Shown here piece by piece: positions 46,095-57,330 of a stretch of 64,000 nucleotides of DNA (positions are counted from its first letter, which is position 1; the number at the start of each line of letters is the position of its first letter). The notes under the pieces were generated by a model. It was given only the letters and a program-made list of their open reading frames with translations. It was not told the origin of the DNA and ran no database searches. The translations under genes and the position numbers were made by a program. The DNA is from Pseudomonadota bacterium (lineage in GTDB: Bacteria > Pseudomonadota > Alphaproteobacteria > Acetobacterales > Acetobacteraceae), in NCBI GenBank assembly GCA_021851785.1, contig JAJZBV010000010.1:910-64909 (forward strand), in the 5' to 3' direction.

Positions 46095-46181
46095 GGTCTC
46101 CTCCCCCGGGCACGATAGCCAGCGCGATGGTCAGCGCGCCAGCCGCTGGCCGGCGCGGGCCTGAAGCTAGCCGGGTGTCGC

Positions 46182-46213
46182 GGAAATGGCCAGATGGGGA
46201 AATGGCCAGATGG
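46182..46213. repeat. Perfect 16-bp tandem duplication GGAAATGGCCAGATGG x2
   Basis: Copies lie at 46182-46197 and 46198-46213, followed by a GGAA partial copy. It is intergenic, between the hyi start and the 3' end of the TIGR02300-like gene. Confidence 0.95.
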
Positions 46214-46234
46214 GAACCGGCGGCGAGCCGACGC

Positions 46235-46561
46235 TCAGTGATCGGTCTCGTCGCCATCGGGCTCGACCTCGATATCGGCGTCGAGCGTATCGGAATCGTC
46301 TTCGAGGTCGGCGGTGTCCTCGATCACGTCCGCGTCCTCGACCACCTCGATATCGAGATCGGCATCCCCCAGTTCCGGCACCACCGCTTTCTTCGGCCGC
46401 TTATCCTCGGGCACCGCGACCGGCGGGCGGCGCAGGCGCGGCTGCTCCGGCGGCTGCTCGGCGCCGCATTTGGGGCAGATCGCCGGCTGCTTCAGGAGAT
46501 CATAAAATCGGGTGCCGCAGTGGACGCAGACGCGCTTGCTGCCGAGTTCGGGCTTCACCAT
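46235..46561 (-). CDS. TIGR02300 (FYDLN_acid) family zinc-ribbon protein with an acidic tail
   Basis: Lies within ORF 46235..46624; start at [33 protein letters not shown]. It has a D/E-rich C-terminus. Confidence 0.8.
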   Translation of the reverse strand: MVKPELGSKRVCVHCGTRFYDLLKQPAICPKCGAEQPPEQPRLRRPPVAVPEDKRPKKAVVPELGDADLDIEVVEDADVIEDTADLEDDSDTLDADIEVEPDGDETDH

Positions 46562-46723
46562 CAGGGGGCCTCGTTGGAACGCCAATCGGGCGCGCCCCAT
46601 GCCATTCCCGTGCGCCCCTGTCAAACCCCGGATCGCCGTGCTATCGCGCCGGCGGCGATGGATGCGATGTCGGCGAGGAGAGACGCGGTGATGGAGCGGC
46701 CAGGAGCGGGACCAGGGACAGGG

Positions 46724-48040
46724 ATGATGTCACGGCGCTCGGGGCGCGGGCTCGCGGGGGTGGCGCGCGTCCCCGGCGACAAATCGATCAGCCATCGGGC
46801 GTTGATGCTCGGGGCGCTCGCCATCGGCGAGAGCCGGATCAGCGGCCTGCTCGAAGGGGAGGACGTGCTGCGGACGGCGGCCGCGATGCGCGCGCTCGGC
46901 GCCGAGATCAGGCGCGAGGGGGACGGCGCCTGGCGCGTCGCCGGACGCGGGATCGGCGCCATCACCGAGCCCGAGGAGGTGCTGGACATGGGCAATTCCG
47001 GCACCGCGGCGCGGCTGCTGGCCGGCATTCTTGCAAGCCACCCGGTTTTTTCGGTGATCACCGGCGATGCCAGCCTGCGCCGGCGGCCGATGCGCCGGGT
47101 GATCACGCCGCTCGCTCTCTGCGGCGCGACGTTTTCCGCCCGCGCCGGCGGGAAGATGCCGCTCGCCATCGCGGGCACCGGACAGGCGTTGCCGATCGTC
47201 TACCGCCTGCCAGTCGCCTCGGCGCAGGTGAAATCGGCGATCCTGCTCGCCGGCCTCAACGCCCGCGGCGTGACCGTCGTCGAGGAGCCGGCGGCGACCC
47301 GCGATCATTCGGAAAACATGCTGCGCCATTTCGGCGCCAGCGTCGCGGTGAGCGAGGACCGGGGCGGGCGGGTGATCGAACTCGCCGGGCAGCCGGAGTT
47401 GCGCGCCGCCGACATCGCCGTGCCCGGCGATCCCTCCTCGGCGGCGTTCCCGCTGGTCGCGGCCCTCCTGGTGCCGGGCTCGGCGATCAGCCTGCCCGGT
47501 GTCGGGCTCAATCCGCTGCGCACCGGGCTGTTCGCGACGCTGGCCGAGATGGGGGCGGCGATCACCATCGAGAATCGCCGGATCAGCGGCGGCGAGCCGG
47601 TCGGCGATCTGGCGGTCGCCCACACCGCCCTCAGCGGCATCGATGTCGCGCCGGAGCGGGCGCCGAGCATGATCGACGAATATCCCATCCTCGCCGTCGC
47701 CGCCGCCTTCGCGCGCGGCACGACGCGGCTTCGCGGCCTCGCCGAATTGCGCGTGAAAGAGAGCGACCGGCTCGCCGCGACGGCGGCCCTGCTCACCGGC
47801 AATGGGGTTGCGGTCGAGATCGAGGGGGACGACCTGATCGTCCACGGCACCGGCGCGCCGCCGCCGGGCGGGGGGAGGGTCGCGACCGGAATGGATCACC
47901 GTATCGCGATGAGCGCGCTGGTGCTCGGCCTCGCCGCCGCGGCGCCGGTCGCGGTCGATGATGCCCGCTTCATCGACACCAGCTTCCCCGGCTTCGCCGC
48001 CCTGATGAACGGGCTCGGCGCGGCGATGGCCCCGGCGTGA
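46724..48040 (+). CDS. aroA: 3-phosphoshikimate 1-carboxyvinyltransferase (EPSP synthase)
   Basis: Lies within ORF 46127..48040. The start is ATG 46724 ([31 protein letters not shown]); earlier in-frame ATGs lie at 46658 and 46691. Confidence 0.9.
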   Translation: MMSRRSGRGLAGVARVPGDKSISHRALMLGALAIGESRISGLLEGEDVLRTAAAMRALGAEIRREGDGAWRVAGRGIGAITEPEEVLDMGNSGTAARLLAGILASHPVFSVITGDASLRRRPMRRVITPLALCGATFSARAGGKMPLAIAGTGQALPIVYRLPVASAQVKSAILLAGLNARGVTVVEEPAATRDHSENMLRHFGASVAVSEDRGGRVIELAGQPELRAADIAVPGDPSSAAFPLVAALLVPGSAISLPGVGLNPLRTGLFATLAEMGAAITIENRRISGGEPVGDLAVAHTALSGIDVAPERAPSMIDEYPILAVAAAFARGTTRLRGLAELRVKESDRLAATAALLTGNGVAVEIEGDDLIVHGTGAPPPGGGRVATGMDHRIAMSALVLGLAAAAPVAVDDARFIDTSFPGFAALMNGLGAAMAPA

Positions 48041-48050
48041 GGGGGGCGGC

Positions 48051-48698
48051 GTGAGGGTGGCGGCGCTCATCATCGCGATCGACGGGCCGGCGGCGGCGGG
48101 GAAGGGAACGCTCGCCCGCCGTCTGGCGGCGCATTTCGGCCTGCCCTATCTCGATACCGGCCTCCTCTATCGCGCGGTTGCGCGCCGGGTGCTCGATCAC
48201 GGCGGCGACCCCGCCGATCAGCAAGCGGCGGCGCGGGCGGCGGCGGCGCTCACCGCGGAGGATCTCACCCGCGACGATCTCCGCACCGATGACGTCGATC
48301 GCGCGGCGAGCGTGGTCGCCGGGCAGGCGCCGGTGCGCGCCGCCCTGCTCGCGTTTCAGCGCCACTTCGCGGCGAGCCAGGGCGCGGTGTTGGATGGGCG
48401 GGATATCGGCACCGTGGTGCTGCCCGAGGCGCCGGTGAAGCTGTTCGTCACCGCCGCGCCGGCGGCGCGCGCCGAGCGGCGCTGGCGCGAGCGCGCAGCC
48501 GCGCCCGAGGATCTCGCGCGGATCACCGCCGAACTCGCCTTGCGCGACGCACAAGATGCCGCCCGCGCGATCGCGCCCCTTCGCCCGGCGGCGGACGCGG
48601 TGACGCTCGACACCACCGCCCTCGACCCGGAAGCCGCGTTCCAGGCGGCGCTCGCCATCGTTCTCGCCATCATCGGGGCGAGGTCGCCGCTTTCGTGA
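48051..48698 (+). CDS. cmk: Cytidylate kinase
   Basis: 215-aa ORF with the P-loop IAIDGPAAAGKGTLARRLA. Confidence 0.9.
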   Translation: MRVAALIIAIDGPAAAGKGTLARRLAAHFGLPYLDTGLLYRAVARRVLDHGGDPADQQAAARAAAALTAEDLTRDDLRTDDVDRAASVVAGQAPVRAALLAFQRHFAASQGAVLDGRDIGTVVLPEAPVKLFVTAAPAARAERRWRERAAAPEDLARITAELALRDAQDAARAIAPLRPAADAVTLDTTALDPEAAFQAALAIVLAIIGARSPLS

Positions 48699-48946
48699 TC
48701 GCGGATGGCGACGAAAATCCCGCGCGAGCGCGGGTTTCACTTGACTCGAGAAGGGTTTGGCGTATCTGTCCACGGCGCCACGCGGCCGGACACACCTGGC
48801 CGCGTGGCGCGTTGCCGCTTCCGTTCATTCACGTGTTTCATCGGCCCCTGCCGCATGCAAGGGCAAGACGTGTCCGCCAGATGGACGCGCACACCAGGAC
48901 CGGGCGGCCTTGCCGCCCCGCGCCACATAAGGATCGACCCATTCCG

Positions 48947-50683
<1,737 letters not shown>

Positions 50684-50697
50684 GGCGGCGCTCGCGG

Positions 50698-51621
50698 ATG
50701 AGCTTCGAGACCGATCTGCTTCTCGACAGGCGGCGCCTCAAGCGCCGCCTGATGCTGTGGCGGGTCGTCGCCGTTCTTGCCGTCGTCGCGGCGCTTGGCG
50801 CGGGATTGGGCGGTGGCGGCATCGCCCTCGGCAGGCCGCATGTCGCGCGGCTTCTGGTGCGTGGGGTGATCACCGAGGACCGCGCCTTGACCCGCGCGGT
50901 CGGCGCGCTCGCCGCCGATCCGTCGGTCGCGGCGCTGGTGGTCGAGATCGACAGCCCCGGCGGCTCGGTCGCCGGGGGCGAATCCCTGCACGACGCCATC
51001 GCCTTGGTTGCCGCGAAAAAGCCGGTGGTCGCGGTGATGGACGGGATCGCCGCCTCGGCGGGCTATATGATCGCGGTGCCGGCGGCGCGGATTTTCTGTA
51101 GCCCGGCGACGCTGACCGGCTCGATCGGCGTCTTGCTCGAAACCGGCGACGTCTCCGGCCTCCTCGGCAAGCTCGGGGTCAATGCCGATGCCATCGTCTC
51201 CGGCCCGCTCAAGGACCAGCCGAGCTTCACCAAGCCGCTCTCGCCGGAAGGAAGGCTCGCGATGCAATCCCTGGTGATGGACATGTACGAGCAGTTCGTC
51301 GCCATGGTCGCCGAGGGGCGGCATATGGACCCGGCGCGGGTGCGCCAGCTCGCCGATGGCCGCGCCTATACCGGGCATCAGGCGCTGCCGCTCGGCCTCG
51401 TCGATCAGTTCGGCGGCGAGAGCGAGGCGCGAGCGTGGCTCGCGAAAAACCGCGCGATCCCGGAAACCCTGCCGGTCAGCGAGATCGAAACCCGGAGCCT
51501 CGCCGAGCGCATGCTCGGCGGCAATCTCGGCGGGATGCTCTCCATTCCGCTGAAAATCTTGTTTTCACAACACCTTATGCTTGACGGCGGGTGGGCGCTC
51601 TGGCAGCCTTCGAGCGAGTGA
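50698..51621 (+). CDS. sppA: Signal peptide peptidase SppA (36K type)
   Basis: 307-aa ORF with an N-terminal TM segment, [12 protein letters not shown] and AASAGYMIA. Confidence 0.85.
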   Translation: MSFETDLLLDRRRLKRRLMLWRVVAVLAVVAALGAGLGGGGIALGRPHVARLLVRGVITEDRALTRAVGALAADPSVAALVVEIDSPGGSVAGGESLHDAIALVAAKKPVVAVMDGIAASAGYMIAVPAARIFCSPATLTGSIGVLLETGDVSGLLGKLGVNADAIVSGPLKDQPSFTKPLSPEGRLAMQSLVMDMYEQFVAMVAEGRHMDPARVRQLADGRAYTGHQALPLGLVDQFGGESEARAWLAKNRAIPETLPVSEIETRSLAERMLGGNLGGMLSIPLKILFSQHLMLDGGWALWQPSSE

Positions 51622-51654
51622 GGAGCCGCATGGCCGCGAGCCGGGCGCTTTTGT

Positions 51655-51699
51655 GGCGTGGCATCGTGGGGCGTGGCATCGTGGGGCGTGGCATCGTGG
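51655..51699. repeat. Perfect 15-bp tandem repeat GGCGTGGCATCGTGG x3
   Basis: Copies lie at 51655-51669, 51670-51684 and 51685-51699. The array ends 1 nt before the AGGAGG that precedes the ihfB ATG. Confidence 0.95.
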
Positions 51700-51715
51700 G
51701 AGGAGGATGCGAAAC

Positions 51716-52015
51716 ATGACGAAATCCGAACTGATCGCCGAGCTGGCGGCCGCCAATCCGCATCTTTACGCGAGCGATGTCGAGAAGATCGTCAACACGA
51801 TTTTCAAGGAAATCGCGGGCGCCCTGGCGCGCGGGGCGCGGGTGGAGCTGCGCGGCTTCGGCGCCTTCACCGTCAAGCATCGCGAGGCCCGCACCGGGCG
51901 CAACCCGCGCACCGGCACGCTGGTCGAGGTCGAGGAAAAGGGCGTGCCCTTCTTCAAGGCCGGCAAGGAGTTGCGCGAGCGCGTCAATCACGGCAACGCG
52001 GTGGCCGTCCCCTGA
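51716..52015 (+). CDS. ihfB: Integration host factor subunit beta
   Basis: Lies within ORF 51581..52015. It reads [33 protein letters not shown]...[21 protein letters not shown]. Confidence 0.9.
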   Translation: MTKSELIAELAAANPHLYASDVEKIVNTIFKEIAGALARGARVELRGFGAFTVKHREARTGRNPRTGTLVEVEEKGVPFFKAGKELRERVNHGNAVAVP

Positions 52016-52029
52016 CCTCCGGCCGCGCG

Positions 52030-52338
52030 ATGCTCCGTTTTCTCCTCCTTCTGCCGCTGTTGCTGCTCATCGTGCTGTTCGTGGTCTCGAACACCACGGC
52101 GGTGGAATTGCGTCTGTGGCCGACGGGGTGGAGCCTGGAGGCGCCGCTGGCGCTCTGCATGCTCGGGGCGATGGCCATCGCTTTCCTGCTCGGGGCGCTG
52201 TTCACCTGGTTTCCGGCGCTCGCCGCGCGGCGGCGGGCGCGGCGGGCGGAAGCGCGGGCGGCGGGGCTCGATCAAGAGGTCGCGGCGCTCAAGGCACGGC
52301 TCAGCGATCGCCCGACCCTGCTGCCGCCCGCCGGCTGA
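52030..52338 (+). CDS. LapA-domain (DUF1049) inner-membrane protein
   Basis: Lies within ORF 51658..52338; start at MLRFLLLLPLLLLIVLFVVSN. It has two TM segments and a coiled tail. Its position after ihfB is typical for alphaproteobacteria. Confidence 0.7.
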   Translation: MLRFLLLLPLLLLIVLFVVSNTTAVELRLWPTGWSLEAPLALCMLGAMAIAFLLGALFTWFPALAARRRARRAEARAAGLDQEVAALKARLSDRPTLLPPAG

Positions 52339-52343
52339 CGGCG

Positions 52344-52985
52344 ATGGGCGGCGCGGCGCGGGTCAAGATTTGCGGTATCAACAGCGAGGCCGCGTTCGAT
52401 GCCGCCGTGGCCGCCGGCGCGGATTGGCTCGGTTTCGTTTTTTTTCCGCCCTCGCCGCGCGCGATCAGCGCCGAACGCGCCGCCGGGCTTTCGGCGCGGG
52501 CGCCGGGCGGCCCGCTCCGGGTCGGCCTCTTCGTGCGCCCAAATCCCGCCGAGATCGCCGCCGTGCTCGCCGCGCTCCCGCTCGATATCCTGCAAATTCA
52601 CGGCCCCGCCGAGCAGGCGCGCGCGGTCCGGGCGCGGTTCGGGAAGCCGGTCTGGCGCGCGGTCGGAATCGCCTCGGCGGCGGATTTGCCGGTGGATGCC
52701 GACGGCGCCGATGCCCTGCTCCTCGATGCCAGCCCGCCGCGCGGCGCGACCCGCCCTGGCGGCAACGCGCGGCCCTTCGACTGGACCCTGCTCCGTGGCT
52801 GGCGCCCCCCCGCGCCCTGGCTGCTGGCCGGCGGCCTGACCCCGGAGACTGTCGCCGCCGCCATTGCTGCCACCGGTGCTTCGGCCGTCGATGTCTCCTC
52901 CGGGGTCGAGCGGCGCCCGGGCGAGAAAGACCCGGCCCTGATCCGCGCCTTCATCGCCGCCGCGCATGGGGAAAGTAGCGAGTAG
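52344..52985 (+). CDS. trpF: Phosphoribosylanthranilate isomerase
   Basis: Lies within ORF 51777..52985; start at MGGAARVKICGINS. Other motifs are GADWLGFVFFPPSPR and DVSSGVE. Confidence 0.85.
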   Translation: MGGAARVKICGINSEAAFDAAVAAGADWLGFVFFPPSPRAISAERAAGLSARAPGGPLRVGLFVRPNPAEIAAVLAALPLDILQIHGPAEQARAVRARFGKPVWRAVGIASAADLPVDADGADALLLDASPPRGATRPGGNARPFDWTLLRGWRPPAPWLLAGGLTPETVAAAIAATGASAVDVSSGVERRPGEKDPALIRAFIAAAHGESSE

Positions 52986-53100
52986 ATTCTTCTTTTTCTG
53001 AAGAAAAAGAAGCAAAAAGACTTTTCTCCCGGGACAGCGCCTGCGGCGCCGTCTAAAAATTCAAAAGTTTTTGGTTCTTTTTTTCAAAAAAGAACTCTTC
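52986..53100. repeat. Full-length copy D of the AT-rich tri-hairpin intergenic element (inverted relative to A)
   Basis: H3 is CTTCTTTTTC-tgaa-GAAAAAGAAG (52989-53012). H2 is GGGACAGCGCC-tgc-GGCGCCGTC (53031-53053). H1 is GTTCTTTTTTT-c-AAAAAAGAAC (53074-53095). It lies between convergent trpF and serB. Confidence 0.85.
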
Positions 53101-53109
53101 TTCCTCTCT

Positions 53110-53994
53110 TCACTCTCGAAACTCCGCGAGCCGGTAGCCCTGCGCGAACAGGGCGGCGCGGAGCGAGGTATGGGTGATGCGCGCGCGCGCCGCTTCCGCC
53201 ACCACCGGTTTGGCGCGAAACGCGATCCCGAGCCCGGCGGTCGCCAGCATGGCGAGATCATTGGCGCCGTCGCCGATCGCCATCGTCGCGGCGAGCGGGA
53301 TCGCGTGCGCCGCCGCAAGCTCGCGCAGGATGCGCGCCTTCGCGTCGCGGTCGAGCACCGGCTCGGCGACCGTGCCGGTGAGCGTCTCGCCGTCGTCCCG
53401 CAGATGATTGGCGAAATGGGCGGCAAATCCCAGGCGTTCGGCGATGCGGGCGGTGAAATAGGTGAACCCGCCGGAGACCAGGGCGGTGACGGCGCCATGG
53501 GCGCGCATGGTCGCGATCAGCTCGCGCGCCCCCTCGGTGCAGCGGAGCCGGGCGGCGACACGGTCGAGGGCGGCGAGCCTGGTGCCGCGCAACCGCGCGA
53601 CGCGGGCGCGGAGCGCCTCCCCGAAATCGATCTCGCCTTCCATGCTGCGCGCCGTGATCGCGGCGATTTCGGCGCCGATGCCGGCCTCGGCCGCGAGTTC
53701 GTCGATCACCTCGGCGGTGATGATGGTGCTGTCCATGTCGGCGGTGAGCAGACGCTTGCGCCGCCCGGCGGCGGGGAGGCAAAACACGTCGATCGGCCGG
53801 GCGCCGAGCGCCGCGGCAAGCGCCTCTTGCGCGGGCGGGGCGGGGCAGGGGAGATCGACGGCCTCGCCGGGGGCGAGACTGTCGGGCGGCCCGGCACGGG
53901 CGGCGTCGCGGAGGGCGGCGAGGGTGCCGGGATCGATTGTGGTCGCTTCGCGGTCGGCAACGAGGGTGAGGACGTAATTCATGGCTGGGGTCAT
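53110..53994 (-). CDS. serB: Phosphoserine phosphatase SerB
   Basis: Lies within ORF 53110..54129. The start is MTPAMNYVL (53994) or MNYVL (53982). HAD motifs are DMDSTII and GDGANDL. Confidence 0.85.
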   Translation of the reverse strand: MTPAMNYVLTLVADREATTIDPGTLAALRDAARAGPPDSLAPGEAVDLPCPAPPAQEALAAALGARPIDVFCLPAAGRRKRLLTADMDSTIITAEVIDELAAEAGIGAEIAAITARSMEGEIDFGEALRARVARLRGTRLAALDRVAARLRCTEGARELIATMRAHGAVTALVSGGFTYFTARIAERLGFAAHFANHLRDDGETLTGTVAEPVLDRDAKARILRELAAAHAIPLAATMAIGDGANDLAMLATAGLGIAFRAKPVVAEAARARITHTSLRAALFAQGYRLAEFRE

Positions 53995-55006
53995 GGCCGG
54001 CGGACCATGCGGGCGGAATGCCGCCGAGGCAAGGGTGGAGACCGCGCTGATCGTCGCCGGGCCGACGGCGTCGGGCAAATCGGCGCTGGCGCTGGCGCTC
54101 GCCGAGCGGCTCGGCGGCGTCGTCATCAATGCCGATGCGATGCAGCTCTATCGCGATCTCCGCATCCTGACGGCGCGGCCGAGCGACGCCGATTGCGCCC
54201 GCGCGCCGCATGTTCTCTACGGCGTTCTGCCCGCCGCCCCGCCGGCGAACGCGGCCTGGTGGCGGGGCGCGGCGCTGGCGGCGCTGGAGGAAGCGCGGGC
54301 TTCCGGGCGCGTGCCCATTCTGTGCGGCGGCAGCGGGCTCTATTTGCAGGCGCTGATCGGGGGTCTCGCCGCGATCCCGCCGGTTCCCGACGCCGTGCGG
54401 GAAGAGGTGCGGGCGCGGCTGGCGGCGATCGGGCCGGCGGCCCTCCACGCCGAACTCGCGGCCTCAGATCCCGCGACGGCGACGCGCCTCCGCCCAAGCG
54501 ATGGCCAGCGGATCGCGCGCGCCATGGAAGTCCGGCTGGCGACCGGGCGCGGGCTTGCCGCCTGGCAGGCGGAACCCGCCGCGCCGCCGGCGGGCTGGCG
54601 GTTCGCGAGCATCCTTCTCGACCCGCCGCGCGCGGCTCTCCGCGCCGCGATTGCTCGCCGGTTCGATGCCATGCTGGCTTTGGGCGCGCTCGCGGAAGCG
54701 CGGGCGCTGCTGGCGCGCGGGCTCGATCCCGCGCTGCCGCTGCTCCGCGCCCATGGCGTCCCCGAACTCGCCGCCCATCTCCGCGGCGAAATCACCATTG
54801 GCGAGGCGCAGCGGCGGGCCGAGCTGGTGACCGGGCAATACACCAAGCGCCAGGCGACGTGGTTTCGTCACCATCGCTTGAGCACACGAAATTATGCGAT
54901 TAATGCGAGAATCTATGATTTCACGCAATTTTCGCAAAGAAGCATGGCTGATCTGCTCAATTTTCTAACCTCCGCCGGGTTGACGCCACAAGCCTCCCCG
55001 GCCTAG
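53981..55006 (+). CDS. miaA: tRNA dimethylallyltransferase MiaA
   Basis: 341-aa ORF with the P-loop IVAGPTASGKSALAL. The start is uncertain (ATG 53981 or 53993, or a downstream GTG). It is divergent from serB and overlaps its 5' end. Confidence 0.9.
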   Translation: MAGVMAGGPCGRNAAEARVETALIVAGPTASGKSALALALAERLGGVVINADAMQLYRDLRILTARPSDADCARAPHVLYGVLPAAPPANAAWWRGAALAALEEARASGRVPILCGGSGLYLQALIGGLAAIPPVPDAVREEVRARLAAIGPAALHAELAASDPATATRLRPSDGQRIARAMEVRLATGRGLAAWQAEPAAPPAGWRFASILLDPPRAALRAAIARRFDAMLALGALAEARALLARGLDPALPLLRAHGVPELAAHLRGEITIGEAQRRAELVTGQYTKRQATWFRHHRLSTRNYAINARIYDFTQFSQRSMADLLNFLTSAGLTPQASPA

Positions 55007-55036
55007 TGGAACCCGCGAGTTGAGAGGTGACGGGCG

Positions 55037-56818
55037 ATGACGACGAACGAGATGCGGCCGGGGGCGGAAATTCTGTTGCGCGCGCTGAAGGAGCAGGGAG
55101 TCGAGGTGATTTTCGGCTATCCCGGCGGCGCGGTCTTGCCGATCTATGACGCGATTTTTCAGCAGAACGCCATCCGCCACATCCTGGTCCGCCACGAACA
55201 GGCGGCGGTGCATGCCGCCGAGGGCTACGCGCGCTCGACCGGCAAGGTCGGCGTCGTTCTGGTGACCAGCGGGCCGGGCGCGACCAATGCCGTGACCGGC
55301 CTCGTCGACGCGCTGATGGACAGCATCCCGATCGTCTGTCTCACCGGCCAGGTGCCGACCCATCTGATCGGCAATGACGCCTTCCAGGAAGCCGATACGA
55401 CCGGGATCACGCGGCCGGCGACCAAGCATAATTACCTCGTCCGCAAATCCGAGGATCTGGCGCGGGTGGTGCATGAGGCGTTCTATGTCGCGCGCTCGGG
55501 CCGGCCGGGGCCGGTGGTCGTCGATCTGCCCAAGGACATCGTCATCAACCCCGCCCCCTACACCCCGCCGGCGACGGCGCCGCATCGCAGCTATCGGCCG
55601 CTGCTCGATCCCGATCCGGCGGCGATCGCGGCGGCGGTCAAGCTGCTGAAAGCGGCGAAACGGCCGATCATCTACACCGGCGGAGGCGTGATCAATGCCG
55701 GGCCGAAGGCGGCAGAGTTGCTGACCCGCCTGGTGCGCGAGACCGGATTTCCCTGCACCTCGACGCTGATGGGCCTCGGCGCCTGTCCGGCCGCCGATCG
55801 GCATTTCCTCGGCATGCTCGGGATGCACGGGACCGTCGAGGCCAATCTCGCGATGCATGGCTGCGACGTGATGCTCGCGGTCGGCGCCCGCTTCGATGAC
55901 CGCGTCACCGGCCGGCTCAACGCCTTCAGCCCCGGCGCCAAGAAAATCCATATCGATATCGATCCTTCCAGCATCAACAAGAACGTGCCGGTGGAGGTCG
56001 CGATCGTCGGCGATGCCGGGCGGGCGCTCTCGGCGCTGCTCGCCGCCTGGACGCAAAATACGACGCCGCCCGACCGCGCCGCCCTCGCCGCCTGGTGGCG
56101 TGAGATCGAGACCTGGCGGGCGCGCGATTGCCTGCGTTATTCCCAGGCGACGGCGCCGGGCGCGATCATCAAGCCGCAGCACGCCATCCGCCGGCTTTAC
56201 GAGATCACCAGGGAATCGGGGCGCGAGACTTTCATCTCGACCGAGGTCGGCCAGCACCAGATGTGGGCGGCGCAGCATTTCCGCTTCGAGCGCCCCAATC
56301 ACTGGATGACGTCGGGCGGGCTCGGCACCATGGGCTATGGCCTGCCGGCGGCGATGGGGGTGCAGATCGCCCATCCCGAGGCGCTGGTGATCGATATCGC
56401 CGGCGAGGCCTCGATTTTGATGAATATCCAGGAGATGAGCACGCTCGCGCAGTATCGCCTGCCGGTGAAAGTGTTCATCCTCAACAACCAGTACATGGGC
56501 ATGGTGCGGCAATGGCAGGAATTGCTGCATGGCGGCCGCTACGCCGAGAGCTACACCGCGGCGCTACCGGATTTCGTGCGTCTCGCCGAGAGTTTTCACG
56601 CCGTCGGCCTCCGCGCCAGGACCATCGAGGAGCTTGATCCGGTCATTCACGAGATGCTCGCCTGCGATCGCGCGGTGATCGCCGATATCGCCGTCGATCA
56701 GGCGGAGAATTGCTTTCCGATGATCCCCTCGGGGGCGGCGCATAACGAAATGATTCTCGGCCCCGAGCATGAAAGCGAGGCGGCCGGCATCACCGATGAA
56801 GGGCTGGTGCTGGTGTGA
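55037..56818 (+). CDS. ilvI: Acetolactate synthase large subunit (biosynthetic type)
   Basis: 593-aa ORF with ThDP-enzyme motifs (GYPGGAVLPIYDA, GLGTMGYGLPAAMG, NNQYMGMVRQWQ). Confidence 0.95.
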   Translation: MTTNEMRPGAEILLRALKEQGVEVIFGYPGGAVLPIYDAIFQQNAIRHILVRHEQAAVHAAEGYARSTGKVGVVLVTSGPGATNAVTGLVDALMDSIPIVCLTGQVPTHLIGNDAFQEADTTGITRPATKHNYLVRKSEDLARVVHEAFYVARSGRPGPVVVDLPKDIVINPAPYTPPATAPHRSYRPLLDPDPAAIAAAVKLLKAAKRPIIYTGGGVINAGPKAAELLTRLVRETGFPCTSTLMGLGACPAADRHFLGMLGMHGTVEANLAMHGCDVMLAVGARFDDRVTGRLNAFSPGAKKIHIDIDPSSINKNVPVEVAIVGDAGRALSALLAAWTQNTTPPDRAALAAWWREIETWRARDCLRYSQATAPGAIIKPQHAIRRLYEITRESGRETFISTEVGQHQMWAAQHFRFERPNHWMTSGGLGTMGYGLPAAMGVQIAHPEALVIDIAGEASILMNIQEMSTLAQYRLPVKVFILNNQYMGMVRQWQELLHGGRYAESYTAALPDFVRLAESFHAVGLRARTIEELDPVIHEMLACDRAVIADIAVDQAENCFPMIPSGAAHNEMILGPEHESEAAGITDEGLVLV

Positions 56819-57330
56819 TGGCGAACGGCAGTGATTTCCGCACCGCGACGATCTCGGTCCTGGTCGATAACGAGGCCGGGGTGCTCGCGCGGGTGATCGG
56901 CCTCTTTTCCGGCCGCGGCTATAATATCGACAGCCTGACGGTGGCGCCGGTCGAGGACGGGCGCGGGCGTTCGCGCATCAATGTCGTGACCTCGGGGACC
57001 GAGATGGTGATCGAGCAGATCAAGGCGCAGCTCGACCGGCTGGTTCCGGTCCATCGCGTCGCCGATCTCTCGAAGGAGGGGGCGCATCTGGCGCGCGAGA
57101 TGGCGCTGATCAAGATCCTCTGCGCCGGTGAGCGGCGGGCCGAGGCGCTGCGACTCGCGGATGCGTTCCGCGCCCGCGTCGTCGATGCGACGACCGAGAG
57201 TTTCGTCTTCGAGATGACCGGCAACCCCGACAAGCTCGACGCCTTTCTCGCCTTGATGCGTCCGCTCGGCCTCGCCGAGGTCTCGCGCACCGGGGTCGCG
57301 GCGATCGCGCGGGGCACGCGCGTGATCTGA
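56815..57330 (+). CDS. ilvH: Acetolactate synthase small (regulatory) subunit
   Basis: 171-aa ORF with the ACT domain ISVLVDNEAGVLARVIGLFSGRGYNIDSLTV. It overlaps the ilvI stop by 4 nt. Confidence 0.9.
   Translation: MMANGSDFRTATISVLVDNEAGVLARVIGLFSGRGYNIDSLTVAPVEDGRGRSRINVVTSGTEMVIEQIKAQLDRLVPVHRVADLSKEGAHLAREMALIKILCAGERRAEALRLADAFRARVVDATTESFVFEMTGNPDKLDAFLALMRPLGLAEVSRTGVAAIARGTRVI

Noticed and set aside
48741-48768. Possible sigma-70-type promoter for rpsA (TTGACT-N16-TATCTG), followed by a 10-bp perfect hairpin at 48777-48806.
   Set aside because: It is plausible but rests on a single weak -10 match in a 250-nt leader. It is not reported as a feature without TSS data.
51655-51699. Possibility that the short perfect repeats (here and at 31758, 46182, 59894 and 11935) are a CRISPR array.
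   Set aside because: The repeats are directly tandem with no spacers, have only 2-3 copies and a 12-16 bp period, and no cas genes are present. They are not CRISPR.
53071-54903. 610-aa plus-strand ORF starting MVLFFKKE, with similar MVLFFKKE-initiated ORFs at 36840..37808 and 32524..33798.
   Set aside because: The shared N-terminus is produced by the H1 palindrome of the intergenic repeat element. The rest of each ORF is antisense to serB, gmk/yicC or the MFS gene.
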